From an uncultured virus (IMG/VR IMGVR_UViG_2687453603_000006) (lineage: Duplodnaviria; Heunggongvirae; Uroviricota; Caudoviricetes), in IMG/VR virus record IMGVR_UViG_2687453603_000006: a stretch of 64,000 nt of DNA; one strand, given 5' to 3'. The notes beneath the pieces are model-generated. The model did not search any database, had not been told where the DNA came from, and was given only the letters and a program-made list of their open reading frames with translations. This document shows positions 10,944-20,519 of the stretch, piece after piece. The translations under genes and the position numbers were made by a program. The first letter of the stretch is position 1, and each line of letters starts with the position of its first letter.

Positions 10944-11645
10944 TCAAATTATTTTAACTTCAACTTCTTTTTCGTTCTCATGTGCATAGTTTAATAAGAA
11001 TTGTAATTTATATCCATCAACGGTTACTTCTTCACCATTGAATTTACCACTCATTTGTTTCATAAAAATACTTTCCACTGCTTTTTCAACTAACTCAATA
11101 TCTATGCGTCCTTCTTCATCACTTGGAATTGAGTCTTGATACTGTTCCTTAGTATTTTCATCAGTTATAGCAATAACTACTGCTCCATCGTACATATTTC
11201 GTTCAGCTTGTACAGTTAGCACTAAATTTTCACTACTAGTAACTCGATCAGAAATATATTTTTCATTTCCTTCTTTAATTGCTTCTAAGATTTCAATTAC
11301 TTTATCAAAAGCAATGATTGAAGCTACATTAACTGACTTGATCATATTATCAATTAATTCTTTTAATGTTTCAAATTCTAATGGCTCATTATTACCATAT
11401 GAGTTATATTGAACTCTTCGGAACACTTTGCCTTCATGACTTGGACTATCTAATTGAATATGAACTTCCTTATCATTTAAACCTGTTGCTTGAAGGTCAA
11501 ACTCTCCTTCTTCCCACTCTTTAACTGCGTGTAATTTCTCATACAATTCCCCAATTGGAGTCTCAGTATTCAATGTGGTTTTAAACCAATCAATTGCCTC
11601 TTGCTCGTTATCAAATCTTAAACCTTCATTTGTATAAACTGGCAT
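10944..11645 (-). CDS. Hypothetical acidic phage protein
   Basis: 233 aa ORF with RBS. Confidence 0.7.
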   Translation of the reverse strand: MPVYTNEGLRFDNEQEAIDWFKTTLNTETPIGELYEKLHAVKEWEEGEFDLQATGLNDKEVHIQLDSPSHEGKVFRRVQYNSYGNNEPLEFETLKELIDNMIKSVNVASIIAFDKVIEILEAIKEGNEKYISDRVTSSENLVLTVQAERNMYDGAVVIAITDENTKEQYQDSIPSDEEGRIDIELVEKAVESIFMKQMSGKFNGEEVTVDGYKLQFLLNYAHENEKEVEVKII

Positions 11646-11656
11646 TTAGCTTCCTC

Positions 11657-12166
11657 CTATTTAATTAAGATATTCTGTTTTACTTCAATTTCAGCATAAT
11701 CAATAGCTTCCTGTTCTTCAGTTGGTAAACTATTGTAGTATTTCTTGAATGCTACTTTATCAACTTTCTTCTCAACTTTTTCAGTGATATATTCTTGAGG
11801 TAATTTGCTTTCATCTTTGATGTTCATAACTTTACTATTTCTAATTGAAACAGTTAATGTTGGTGAAGCAACTTTCTTCATATCTAAGCGTGACATTTGA
11901 ACTAAGCCATATTGTTTTAAGTTATCAATATTTCGTTCAGCTTTCTTCTTGAGTTCATCAAGTGCCTTCTTACGCTCACTAATGACTTTTATATCATCTT
12001 GATACTTTTGAATTACTTTACCGATGTTGATGACTTTACCTTCTGCACTTTCTTGAATAGACTCTAACGTGTCTTTCATTTCCTCAAAAGAATAGTCATT
12101 TTCTTCCATAAAGTTGATCAAGTTTTGGTATTGATCAGCGTAATCGTATAACTTCATATCTTCCAT
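11657..12166 (-). CDS. Siphovirus Gp157-family protein
   Basis: MKLYDYA, DTLESI, coiled coil, DESKLPQEY, KVDK pattern. Confidence 0.8.
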   Translation of the reverse strand: MEDMKLYDYADQYQNLINFMEENDYSFEEMKDTLESIQESAEGKVINIGKVIQKYQDDIKVISERKKALDELKKKAERNIDNLKQYGLVQMSRLDMKKVASPTLTVSIRNSKVMNIKDESKLPQEYITEKVEKKVDKVAFKKYYNSLPTEEQEAIDYAEIEVKQNILIK

Positions 12167-12259
12167 TTTGTTCTCTCCTTATTAAACATTGAGTAAGGAG
12201 TTGTAGATTAATTTACATAAAATTTACATAAAATTTACGCTCAATTAACCTACTTCATA

Positions 12260-12288
12260 ATAATACCTTCTCGCTTAATCAATGTCAA
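12260..12288 (-). promoter_or_regulatory. Sigma-A promoter upstream of gp157-like gene
   Basis: TTGACA-17 nt-TATTAT on - strand. Confidence 0.75.
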
Positions 12289-12295
12289 CTGATTT

Positions 12296-12898
12296 TTATA
12301 TTTTATTTCTTATTTTTGAGTAAACTTTTGCTAATACAAAACATGTAAGTAATAAACAAATATTAGCAACTTCTGTAATAATAATATGTATAGAAACACC
12401 TGTTAAACTAAAGATAGTTACTAGCAATGATAAACCTATTGCAAAGAATAAGTACAATAACGGGTTAGCTCCTTCACTTGTTTTCTTCCTAATAAAGTGA
12501 ATGATTTGATCAATGTAGGCTAACACAATTGAAACTGTTGCCACTGTTTGACTTACTTCTAATGATAGATGGCTAAAGATTACAAGTGCTAATAGTATGT
12601 ATAGTAATGAGAATAGGATCGCAATTGGTTTTTCCATTCTCTTAAAATTGAGACAAATTACAATAATAAGTGCTACACCAGCATTAATAAACTGTCCTAA
12701 ATAGATATACCATTCAGCATTACCAGTTCGCAGTACATTTAATAAGCTAAACAAAGTTGAAAAGCTTACTAAGTACCAAAACATAGATGATATTCCTGTA
12801 ATATTTTTGGAATAAAATATTGATTTTAATTGATTATAATACGCAGTCACAAATATCAAAACTACTAGTAAATTAAGGGTTAAAAGTAAAGCTGCCAT
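12296..12898 (-). CDS. PQ-loop/SemiSWEET-like membrane protein
   Basis: About 7 hydrophobic helices; repeats AYYNQLKSIFYSKNITGIS and AYIDQIIHFIRKKTSEGAN. Confidence 0.7.
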   Translation of the reverse strand: MAALLLTLNLLVVLIFVTAYYNQLKSIFYSKNITGISSMFWYLVSFSTLFSLLNVLRTGNAEWYIYLGQFINAGVALIIVICLNFKRMEKPIAILFSLLYILLALVIFSHLSLEVSQTVATVSIVLAYIDQIIHFIRKKTSEGANPLLYLFFAIGLSLLVTIFSLTGVSIHIIITEVANICLLLTCFVLAKVYSKIRNKI

Positions 12899-13128
12899 TA
12901 TTGTCCATGCTCCTCTAACGTTTGTTTCGCTACTTTGTTACTTAATAGCAACGTAGTTAAGACACTATATCCAATTATTGATTGATAAATTACTTCTTTT
13001 TGAGAGATAGCAGTCTCTACTAAATTTGTTCTTATCAACATAAAGATTTCAAAGAAACCAAATGTTAAAGTAAAGAATATAGCTCCAAAGAATATTGAAC
13101 CTATGATTGTTAAACAAAGTCTTTTCAA
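12898..13128 (-). CDS. Small membrane protein
   Basis: Two hydrophobic segments. Confidence 0.6.
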   Translation of the reverse strand: MKRLCLTIIGSIFFGAIFFTLTFGFFEIFMLIRTNLVETAISQKEVIYQSIIGYSVLTTLLLSNKVAKQTLEEHGQ

Positions 13129-13141
13129 AATTAATTCTCTC

Positions 13142-13324
13142 CTATCTATATAAAATTGTTCCGTTATAACCTGTAAATACTTTTGCGTTCTCTTGAATAT
13201 GATTGTACATAACTTCGAATGCTGGGTTTGGTACTAGTTGAATAACTTTATTGTTGTTGGTTTGTACTGCTGTCATGTGGCTATTTTTCTTGTATTTTAA
13301 TCTTACTAATTGTTCTTTATCCAT
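13142..13324 (-). CDS. Hypothetical protein
   Basis: 60 aa ORF in operon. Confidence 0.55.
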   Translation of the reverse strand: MDKEQLVRLKYKKNSHMTAVQTNNNKVIQLVPNPAFEVMYNHIQENAKVFTGYNGTILYR

Positions 13325-13326
13325 TG

Positions 13327-13695
13327 CTAATTTCCTTTCAAGAATTTCTTAATAAACACATCTATTTGATTGGTTCTTCTTCGTTTATCTTCTTGAATAT
13401 GATCCATTTCATTATTACGCTCTTCTAATTGCTTTTTGATTTCATCAAGATAATATGTATTAAAGTTGATATTCTTCTTCATTAATTTAGATACAATACC
13501 ATTTGTCATAACAATACTTACTGGCAACTCACATTTGGTTGTGAAATCTAAAGTAACTTTACTTTTATATTCATTAATATGTACTCGTGATAAATTCCAT
13601 TTCTCATTGATAGGATAATCATTTTTGTATTCTGTCATTAATTTTTCTACTGCTTCATAAAATAGTTCCAAATTCTTCATTTGTCTGCCTCTCAT
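13327..13695 (-). CDS. Hypothetical protein
   Basis: ORF in operon; start probably MKNLELF. Confidence 0.6.
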   Translation of the reverse strand: MRGRQMKNLELFYEAVEKLMTEYKNDYPINEKWNLSRVHINEYKSKVTLDFTTKCELPVSIVMTNGIVSKLMKKNINFNTYYLDEIKKQLEERNNEMDHIQEDKRRRTNQIDVFIKKFLKGN

Positions 13696-13712
13696 TATTA
13701 TATTTTATTTCT

Positions 13713-14711
13713 TTACCAATTAAATGCTTTTTTCAACGATAAGAACACTGTTTTAAGATGTAACTGATTGATCACTCCACCTACAACATCATAAGCTGTA
13801 CTAGGTTTGAAGTTACATGCCTCGACATGTTTATATAATTCATCTGGCATTTCTTGTAATCTCCAATATTCTCTAGGAGAATAGAACCTTAATACACCAT
13901 CATTTATTGTTCCTAAAGTCTTACCACGCATGATTGTTTGACAAGCTTTAACCTGTACTCGTCCTCTTCTAGCTTTAGAAGTAACATAAGCTAAGTCAAT
14001 TCCGTCTCCATTATTTGCGTATAAATATCCTTTCTTAGTACCATTTTTAATTTTATAATCGTTCTCATCTTTACCAAGTATAAGATGACTATGTATATGT
14101 TCGTTTGCGATATCTGGTTGATCATTATTTTCTAAGTATGTTTCTAAATGTTTAGGTTCCCTTGTTAAATCAAGAAACTCAAATTTACCATTGTCTATAT
14201 CTTTTCTAATAGATATTGAAAATAAACGTTTTCTCTTTTGAGCTGAACCTAATTCATGTGCATTTAGAACTTTATAATATGTATTGTAATTTAAGCTATC
14301 AAGCTCATCCATATAATTTTGGAAGTTAGGCATGTTTTTTCTACTTATTGCGTCTGGAACATTTTCCCAAACTATCCACTTAGGCTTACATTCTTCCATT
14401 ATCCTGACTGCTTCCCACATCAGAGCTGATCGAGTATCTGAACCTTTAAGTCCTCCACCTTGCTTACCAGCCCTTGTGAAGCTTTGACATGGACTACCGA
14501 ATACTAGTAAGTCTACATCTAAATCTTTTGCTGAGACGTTTCTAACATCTCCAAGATTTTCACTTTCTTTTTTATTATGTAATTTACAAAATAGTTGAGT
14601 AGCAGTTTTTCTTGTTTCACTAAAACCAACAATTTCATGCTCAATTCCTAAAGTGTTTAGGGATATTGAGAAGCTGCCTACTCCACTAAAAAGTTCTAAT
14701 ACTTTAATCAA
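13713..14711 (-). CDS. DNA cytosine-C5 methyltransferase-family protein (variant motif X)
   Basis: LELFSGVG (I), GSPCQSF (IV), WENV (VI), QKRKR (VIII), REYWRLQ (IX); motif X reads VVGGVI instead of GN(S/A)(I/V). Confidence 0.9.
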   Translation of the reverse strand: MIKVLELFSGVGSFSISLNTLGIEHEIVGFSETRKTATQLFCKLHNKKESENLGDVRNVSAKDLDVDLLVFGSPCQSFTRAGKQGGGLKGSDTRSALMWEAVRIMEECKPKWIVWENVPDAISRKNMPNFQNYMDELDSLNYNTYYKVLNAHELGSAQKRKRLFSISIRKDIDNGKFEFLDLTREPKHLETYLENNDQPDIANEHIHSHLILGKDENDYKIKNGTKKGYLYANNGDGIDLAYVTSKARRGRVQVKACQTIMRGKTLGTINDGVLRFYSPREYWRLQEMPDELYKHVEACNFKPSTAYDVVGGVINQLHLKTVFLSLKKAFNW

Positions 14712-14725
14712 GTATGTTATCCCTC

Positions 14726-15421
14726 CTACTTAACTGCAATTATTCCTACAAAGTTGTTCCATTTAAACCAAGTATCTATATCCTTAAAACCAGCTTCTTC
14801 AAGCATTCTTTTATTTTGTTCTAAGGTTAAAGGCTTTAATACTCCTCTAATTGATTGAGATTTCTTGATCACTTCTTCATAAGTCAAACCATTCTCAAGT
14901 TTAAAATCATGATATATTTGGTTCATGATTTCATGTGATTGTACAAATTCTCCATTTACTTTCTCAACAAGGATAAATGCTCCACCTTTATTCAAACCTT
15001 GATAAACATTTTTTAGTATCTTTTCTCTATCCTCAATATTTATAAATTGCAAAGTTAAAATAGAAGTAATATATGAAGCATTTGTGAATTTAAAATCTTG
15101 CACGTCTTCAGATAATATTTTGATATTGTCATTATCAGCGTCATTCATAGCTACTTGGTTCATATAAATAGAATTATCAATTCCAATATAATTAGCATTA
15201 CGTTTTAGTATATTGCTCATGCCTTTTAATAAATTACCGGTTGACGATCCTATATCATAGACATTTGTGTCATCCTCAACGAAGAAACCACCGATAATTT
15301 TAACAATCTTATGTATCTCTTTATAGAATGGTACAGATTTTTCTACGTGTTCATTAAATTCATTAGTCGTTTGCTCTGATTTAAATGTCCACTGAAAAGG
15401 GTTATAATTCATCTTCCTCAT
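14726..15421 (-). CDS. CmoA-like (carboxy-SAM synthase family) SAM-binding protein
   Basis: WTF..., SVPFY, VYDIGSSTG, IDNS, TLQF, YQGLNKGG..VEK, HDFKLENG, AGF...WF..NF match E. coli CmoA along its full length. Confidence 0.85.
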   Translation of the reverse strand: MRKMNYNPFQWTFKSEQTTNEFNEHVEKSVPFYKEIHKIVKIIGGFFVEDDTNVYDIGSSTGNLLKGMSNILKRNANYIGIDNSIYMNQVAMNDADNDNIKILSEDVQDFKFTNASYITSILTLQFINIEDREKILKNVYQGLNKGGAFILVEKVNGEFVQSHEIMNQIYHDFKLENGLTYEEVIKKSQSIRGVLKPLTLEQNKRMLEEAGFKDIDTWFKWNNFVGIIAVK

Positions 15422-15593
15422 CTCCGAACCAAGCTTGTAATATTTCTAAGTTTTCTGTGTCAATGTACAAATTTAAATCATGATATGTATAGTGTCCTAC
15501 AACATTTCTATCTGGAAAACCTAAGTCTTCTCCATTCCAGTCTGCCCGCCAGTGTAGCCTACTCCAGTCAAAGTCCTCTGGGTTATCAAACAA
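15402..15593 (-). CDS. Small acidic hypothetical protein
   Basis: 63 aa, overlaps both neighbours. Confidence 0.6.
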   Translation of the reverse strand: MFDNPEDFDWSRLHWRADWNGEDLGFPDRNVVGHYTYHDLNLYIDTENLEILQAWFGDEEDEL

Positions 15594-16197
15594 TTAGGCC
15601 ACTTCCAAACAAATCTAATCTATGTAAAACTTGATCCCAAGTAATAAAACCTTCACCATTAGTAGCTTCCAATACCATTCCATATACGAACTGGTTAGTT
15701 GAAAATTCAGCACGGTCTGGATCAGTATAAGGTTTCCCGTGTCCTTGTCTAATGTCCGAACAGTAACATAGAACAGGTTTATTTAATATTTTTTCTTGCT
15801 TGGAGATTTCGTCTTGAATTAAATCATAAGCTTCTGTTTTGTCTCCATATTCATCATGTTTTATTTCTTCAGATAAGACACTCAATCTATCAATTGTTTT
15901 TTGAGCTTGTTTCTTCATTCCAATAATAATTCCAAGCTCAGAAATTGTTCCTAAACCTTCATTTAAAACATCAAGAACATAGATATCTGATTTTTCCATT
16001 GCGGTAAAATCATTCTTTAAAATTCTCTCGGCCAAACCTTCTTGAACTGCATTAGACTTATCATTAATAGATTTGTCTTGGTGAGGGCTATAAGGTTTTA
16101 CTCCCTCAATTGCTTCAACTTGGTTATGTTGTTTTTCTCTATAATCAACCATTGCTTCATTAAGAATATGGCCAGCTAGATAAATTACTTTCTCCAT
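15586..16197 (-). CDS. Nucleoside 2-deoxyribosyltransferase/nucleotide hydrolase family
   Basis: IYLAG, YSPH, D..AMEKSD, GTISELG, NQFVYG; start adjusted to MEKVIY after RBS. Confidence 0.82.
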   Translation of the reverse strand: MEKVIYLAGHILNEAMVDYREKQHNQVEAIEGVKPYSPHQDKSINDKSNAVQEGLAERILKNDFTAMEKSDIYVLDVLNEGLGTISELGIIIGMKKQAQKTIDRLSVLSEEIKHDEYGDKTEAYDLIQDEISKQEKILNKPVLCYCSDIRQGHGKPYTDPDRAEFSTNQFVYGMVLEATNGEGFITWDQVLHRLDLFGSGLIV

Positions 16198-16390
16198 AAG
16201 TTCTCTCCTTTTTAATAGCTTTTTGATTGTTTCCACCTAGTATGTAACCAATACTACTTTCATATATGTATCTGATAAGTTCCTTTCTATCAGCGAATAA
16301 ATCTCCATTAAGTATGTATATCTTTTGATCCTGATAAAGTGGTGTTCCATAATAACTAATGTCGTAAATTTCTTGCGTTAAGATTTCCAT
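16160..16390 (-). CDS. Hypothetical protein
   Basis: ORF in operon. Confidence 0.55.
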   Translation of the reverse strand: MEILTQEIYDISYYGTPLYQDQKIYILNGDLFADRKELIRYIYESSIGYILGGNNQKAIKKERTYGESNLSSWPYS

Positions 16391-16641
16391 TAGTCTTCAT
16401 CACTTTCACTCTCTAAGAATTCAATTTGTTCTTTAAGTTCTTTATTCTCCATTCGAAGATATCCATAATCTACTGATAAAGCATGATACTTGTCTTGATA
16501 TGTACCAACATCTTCTTTTTTAAGCCATTCAATATCTTCAATCAGTTCGCTAATAGTGTCTATCTTGCCAATAGCTTGCATAATTTTTAATTGATCAATA
16601 ATATCTTGTAAATTTAATGGTCTATTGTATTTAACCTTCAT
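16390..16641 (-). CDS. Hypothetical protein
   Basis: ORF with RBS. Confidence 0.6.
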   Translation of the reverse strand: MKVKYNRPLNLQDIIDQLKIMQAIGKIDTISELIEDIEWLKKEDVGTYQDKYHALSVDYGYLRMENKELKEQIEFLESESDED

Positions 16642-16663
16642 ATTAATTACCCCTTTTTATATA

Positions 16664-16978
16664 TTATTTTTTCTTGAAATCGAGCTGCTCAAAAGTAATA
16701 TCTCCAGTTGAACTTTCTATTAAAGCGTATCTTAGGAAGTCATGAATACAAATAGTGTAAACATTTTTCTCTACATCTGGATATTGTACAACTTCTTCAA
16801 TATCTATATCATCTACTGTGATATTATCTAACTTCTTAATTGTTTCAGCGAGAAGTTTTTTGTTTGATTGGTTCCAGTAGTGCTCTGGCAATCTCGCTAA
16901 AAGCCTTCCCATTTGATTTGTTTCAACAACAAATTCTTTAATACCTTGCTTATTTAGGTTCGGTAACATCTTTGTCAT
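16664..16978 (-). CDS. Hypothetical protein
   Basis: ORF in operon. Confidence 0.6.
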   Translation of the reverse strand: MTKMLPNLNKQGIKEFVVETNQMGRLLARLPEHYWNQSNKKLLAETIKKLDNITVDDIDIEEVVQYPDVEKNVYTICIHDFLRYALIESSTGDITFEQLDFKKK

Positions 16979-17237
16979 TCTCTCCTTTTAATTCTTTAAT
17001 TTGCTCATCTAAGTCTGCAATCTCTTGTGTCATGTCAGTAATGATTTGCTCTGATGAAATTCTTGAAGAGATTAATTCAAAGATAAGTTTTGAAGTAGTT
17101 TCTTTATCCCACTCTCTTTTAGTTAATGAGGTATTATTTTCTGTATAAACAATGTCTTCGATGTTATTGTCAGCCTTTGAGATATAAATTTTAAAGCTGA
17201 TCAATTCAACTACATAACTATCTTTTTCTTTATTCAA
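16950..17237 (-). CDS. Hypothetical protein
   Basis: ORF in operon. Confidence 0.6.
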   Translation of the reverse strand: MNKEKDSYVVELISFKIYISKADNNIEDIVYTENNTSLTKREWDKETTSKLIFELISSRISSEQIITDMTQEIADLDEQIKELKGENDKDVTEPK

Positions 17238-17496
17238 TTACTTTCTCCTCCAAGCGTTTAATCTTAATGTTATTTGTCTTTAAGATTTCGTTAATTCCTT
17301 CTAAGTCAAAGTCATCTAGAACAGGCTCTCTAGTAATGACAATATCTTTTGTATGTTCAGTTCCATCAATATATGTATTAATAATCATATGTGTATATTC
17401 GTTTTCATCTTTCGTGAATTTGAAATCTACATCATGTGTTTTGTTTGCTTTCGCTATGTATAATTGGTTATATGCTACTTTATATAATTTACTCAT
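17230..17496 (-). CDS. Hypothetical protein
   Basis: Start at MSKLY after GGAGAG RBS. Confidence 0.6.
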   Translation of the reverse strand: MSKLYKVAYNQLYIAKANKTHDVDFKFTKDENEYTHMIINTYIDGTEHTKDIVITREPVLDDFDLEGINEILKTNNIKIKRLEEKVIE

Positions 17497-17506
17497 TTTC
17501 TCTCTC

Positions 17507-17680
17507 CTAAATTTTTTGAAGCATTTCATCCGACTTAATGCCAATGAATTCTAGTGCTTCTTCCATTCCTTCTCCAGATTGTAGTGCTTCTTCAGCTTTG
17601 TCATAAAACGTTGTTAACATTGTTGCGATTTGTTCACGATGCTTTAAATATTTTTCATATTTCATTTGTTCGTAACTCAT
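17507..17680 (-). CDS. Small hypothetical protein (57 aa, MSYEQMKY...), not in ORF track
   Basis: Translated by hand; AAGGAG RBS upstream. Confidence 0.6.
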   Translation of the reverse strand: MSYEQMKYEKYLKHREQIATMLTTFYDKAEEALQSGEGMEEALEFIGIKSDEMLQKI

Positions 17681-17795
17681 ATCTGTCTCCTTATTTAATT
17701 ATTTAGGGAGCTTATCAAATGAAGCCAACGTTACTAACAAACTCCCTATTTTTATATATTATTTCTTGTTGAAGAGAAAATTAAATTTTCTCCTA

Positions 17796-18188
17796 TTATC
17801 TCTCACAAGTGATTACTTGTTTGTCCTCAGTTGTAAGATACATTGTTTTGTGATCATCACTAAACTTCACATTGAATGTTGCTTCTGGCTCGTCTTCCAT
17901 ATTCACAACCAAGAAGTATTCATCTGTTTTACCATATCTTTCGATTTCGTATGTACCATACTTAATATCAGTGCCATCTGTATTTTCACTATCAACTTCT
18001 CCGTCTTTATCGAAAGTAATATATTCTTCAGTGTCAGTTTCCCAAGAATTCACTATGTATTTACTTTCATCACTAAAAGGTTTAATCACTGCAATTAATA
18101 TGATAATTAAAAGCGATATTGCAATAACTATTGAAGATACTGTAATCAGTTTCTTTTTGTTATTAGTTGTTGTATTCATGCTCTTCAC
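17796..18188 (-). CDS. Membrane-anchored extracellular protein (moron-like)
   Basis: N-terminal TM helix, beta-rich acidic domain, TATAAT upstream. Confidence 0.65.
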   Translation of the reverse strand: MKSMNTTTNNKKKLITVSSIVIAISLLIIILIAVIKPFSDESKYIVNSWETDTEEYITFDKDGEVDSENTDGTDIKYGTYEIERYGKTDEYFLVVNMEDEPEATFNVKFSDDHKTMYLTTEDKQVITCER

Positions 18189-18265
18189 ACTCTCTTATAT
18201 AATTTATGTCTTAATTATAAGTGATGTTCTTATAGATTACAATACTATATTTTATTTTTTATTAA

Positions 18266-19564
18266 TTAATTTAAGCTTACTTCATCTTTATCGTTTCTTA
18301 CCATTTTGAATACAGGGAACCTCAAGCTTTCCCCACCTTTATCATTCTTACTTTCTTCAAAATAGCTGATTTCAACGATTTTACCTTCAATTAAGTCTTT
18401 TTGTTCCCAGAATAACTTTCTATCTTTATCTGAGAAACCTGAACCTACACCTAACTCATAACCTTTATAGTCTACTACAATGTTTCCTACCTTATTACCT
18501 CGAACATGTTCTTCTACACGTAAGCAACGTAAATCAACGGTATGGAAAGTCTTAAACTTTAATAAAGATTTAGTTCTTTTTGCTTCATAATAAGCGTCAA
18601 TTTCATCTAACATTGATCCTTCAAAGCCACTGTCTTCCAATTTCTTTTGTACAGATTGAATTTCAGCCATGTCATTACCGATATAATGAATAGGTACAAT
18701 ATCAATAACTTTTGGATCAATAACTTTTAATTGTTCATAGAACGCTAATAAATTATCTCTACGCTCTTTGAATTTAAGTTTTGATTTACCTTCATAAAAC
18801 TCTTCTAAAGGCATATTATCAAACATCACAAATTTAATGTCTGACTTGTCACCTTTAACTCTCAAGATTTTTGAAGTAATTCTGAATAATTCATCATTAG
18901 GAATACTTTCAGTTTCATCAATCGCAAGTAATTCACCGTCAAACATCATAGGTGTATTTGTCTGCTCATAATACTTGTTAAATAACGCTTCAATTTCTTT
19001 CAAATCATCAATCGTTTTCCCACTACGTCCAAAGATTTGAACGCCTTTATCATTAACTAATACTACTGATCGTACACCATCAAGTTTAGTTGATTGTGCA
19101 TACTGTACGTTTGGTTTAAGTTTTCCTTCAAACTTGCTTCCCTTTCTTACATCAAATTTAAAGATAAAACCTTTACCGAATACTTTATTAATTGTTACTT
19201 TTGAAATACCAATCGGATAATCTTTGATAATAATACCTTTAACCATATCGGCAACATCAGTACCAAATACTTTTCTAGCGTTATTAATCATACCTTTAGC
19301 ATATGCTATATCTTTATCCTTACCAGAATTATTACTTCTTAGATATTCAAATAGCTTCATTAAATCAATATTATTAATCGTCATTGGGTTAATTGGTTTA
19401 GCAATTTTCTTACTTGAGATACCAGTTACGATCAAATCATCAAACAAGAATTTTAGTGTCTCAGTTAATAATTCATTATCCTTGTGTTTTCTAAGGATAT
19501 TTTCCTTACTAGTTTTACTGTTAGTGTTTTTGATTTCTTGTAAGATTTCGTATAGCTCTTGCAT
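18266..19564 (-). CDS. ATP-dependent DNA ligase
   Basis: KLDGVR, FDGEL, FEGSML, LLKFK, VGSGF, SLRFPVF. Confidence 0.95.
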   Translation of the reverse strand: MQELYEILQEIKNTNSKTSKENILRKHKDNELLTETLKFLFDDLIVTGISSKKIAKPINPMTINNIDLMKLFEYLRSNNSGKDKDIAYAKGMINNARKVFGTDVADMVKGIIIKDYPIGISKVTINKVFGKGFIFKFDVRKGSKFEGKLKPNVQYAQSTKLDGVRSVVLVNDKGVQIFGRSGKTIDDLKEIEALFNKYYEQTNTPMMFDGELLAIDETESIPNDELFRITSKILRVKGDKSDIKFVMFDNMPLEEFYEGKSKLKFKERRDNLLAFYEQLKVIDPKVIDIVPIHYIGNDMAEIQSVQKKLEDSGFEGSMLDEIDAYYEAKRTKSLLKFKTFHTVDLRCLRVEEHVRGNKVGNIVVDYKGYELGVGSGFSDKDRKLFWEQKDLIEGKIVEISYFEESKNDKGGESLRFPVFKMVRNDKDEVSLN

Positions 19565-19573
19565 ATTATCCTC

Positions 19574-19906
19574 CTATGCTGCTAATACTTCCTCAAGCTG
19601 ATTTTTATACTCATCATATTGAGGTAAGTATTCTTTAAACAGCTCTAATTTTTCCTCGTAGTATTTTAACTCTTTACTTTTTCCAGTGTTGTTGCATTCA
19701 TCTCTGAGTTGTAAGTTATTAATAATTGTGATAACGCAATTCATATATGTATGACACTCTTTACTCATTCTTTTAAGATATTGAAGTTCCTCTATGTTCA
19801 TGTTGTTTACTCCATAGTCTTCGATCATTTCAATTTCTTCTTTAAGTGCTAATATTTCATTATGTTTATCAATGTTTAATACTTTCATTTTCCTATCCCC
19901 TTTCAA
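19574..19906 (-). CDS. Hypothetical protein
   Basis: ORF upstream of ligase. Confidence 0.6.
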   Translation of the reverse strand: MKGDRKMKVLNIDKHNEILALKEEIEMIEDYGVNNMNIEELQYLKRMSKECHTYMNCVITIINNLQLRDECNNTGKSKELKYYEEKLELFKEYLPQYDEYKNQLEEVLAA

Positions 19907-20026
19907 ATATCAATTATATAAGTAATCAATCTTTGTTAAGTCTTTAGGTGTTAAATTAAGTATATCACATTTTTATGTATTTTTAAATGTTTTTATATAT
20001 TTTATTTCTTAAAAATTCAGATTTTT

Positions 20027-20407
20027 TTAAACTGCTGATCCTTCTAAGATTGCTAACGCTTCTTTAGAGAAATTATTTTTCCAGCCATTCCCTTTTAAAT
20101 AACGTTTTACTCTCTTTTCTCTCTTTCTTCTTAATGCTTTAAGTTTTTCTTCTCCTCCAAGTTCAGCAAAGGCTTCTAGGTATTCGTGTCTACGATCCTT
20201 CCAACAACGTCTCGCTTCTAAAACTTTTTGTAATTCTTTGCTTAGGTAATAACCTTGATAAGCATTCATGTTTCTAGTTTCAATGTCGTGAAGTATTCCA
20301 CTCACTTGTTTATCAGCTTTGGAAATTTCTTTACTACATACTTTTAACTCCTTTTGTAAGTTCTCCAAATCTTTTTCCAAACGTAGCATTATGTTTACCC
20401 CTCTCAT
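20027..20407 (-). CDS. Basic coiled-coil hypothetical protein
   Basis: 126 aa ORF with RBS and its own promoter. Confidence 0.65.
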   Translation of the reverse strand: MRGVNIMLRLEKDLENLQKELKVCSKEISKADKQVSGILHDIETRNMNAYQGYYLSKELQKVLEARRCWKDRRHEYLEAFAELGGEEKLKALRRKREKRVKRYLKGNGWKNNFSKEALAILEGSAV

Positions 20408-20519
20408 ACTTTTATCTCCTTTTTATATTTTATTTCTTATTGCTGAGTAAAATATACCATGTGCATATCTTACTCGTCAATAAGATTTTTAACTTTTTTT
20501 AAATTTTATTTCCTCTAAT

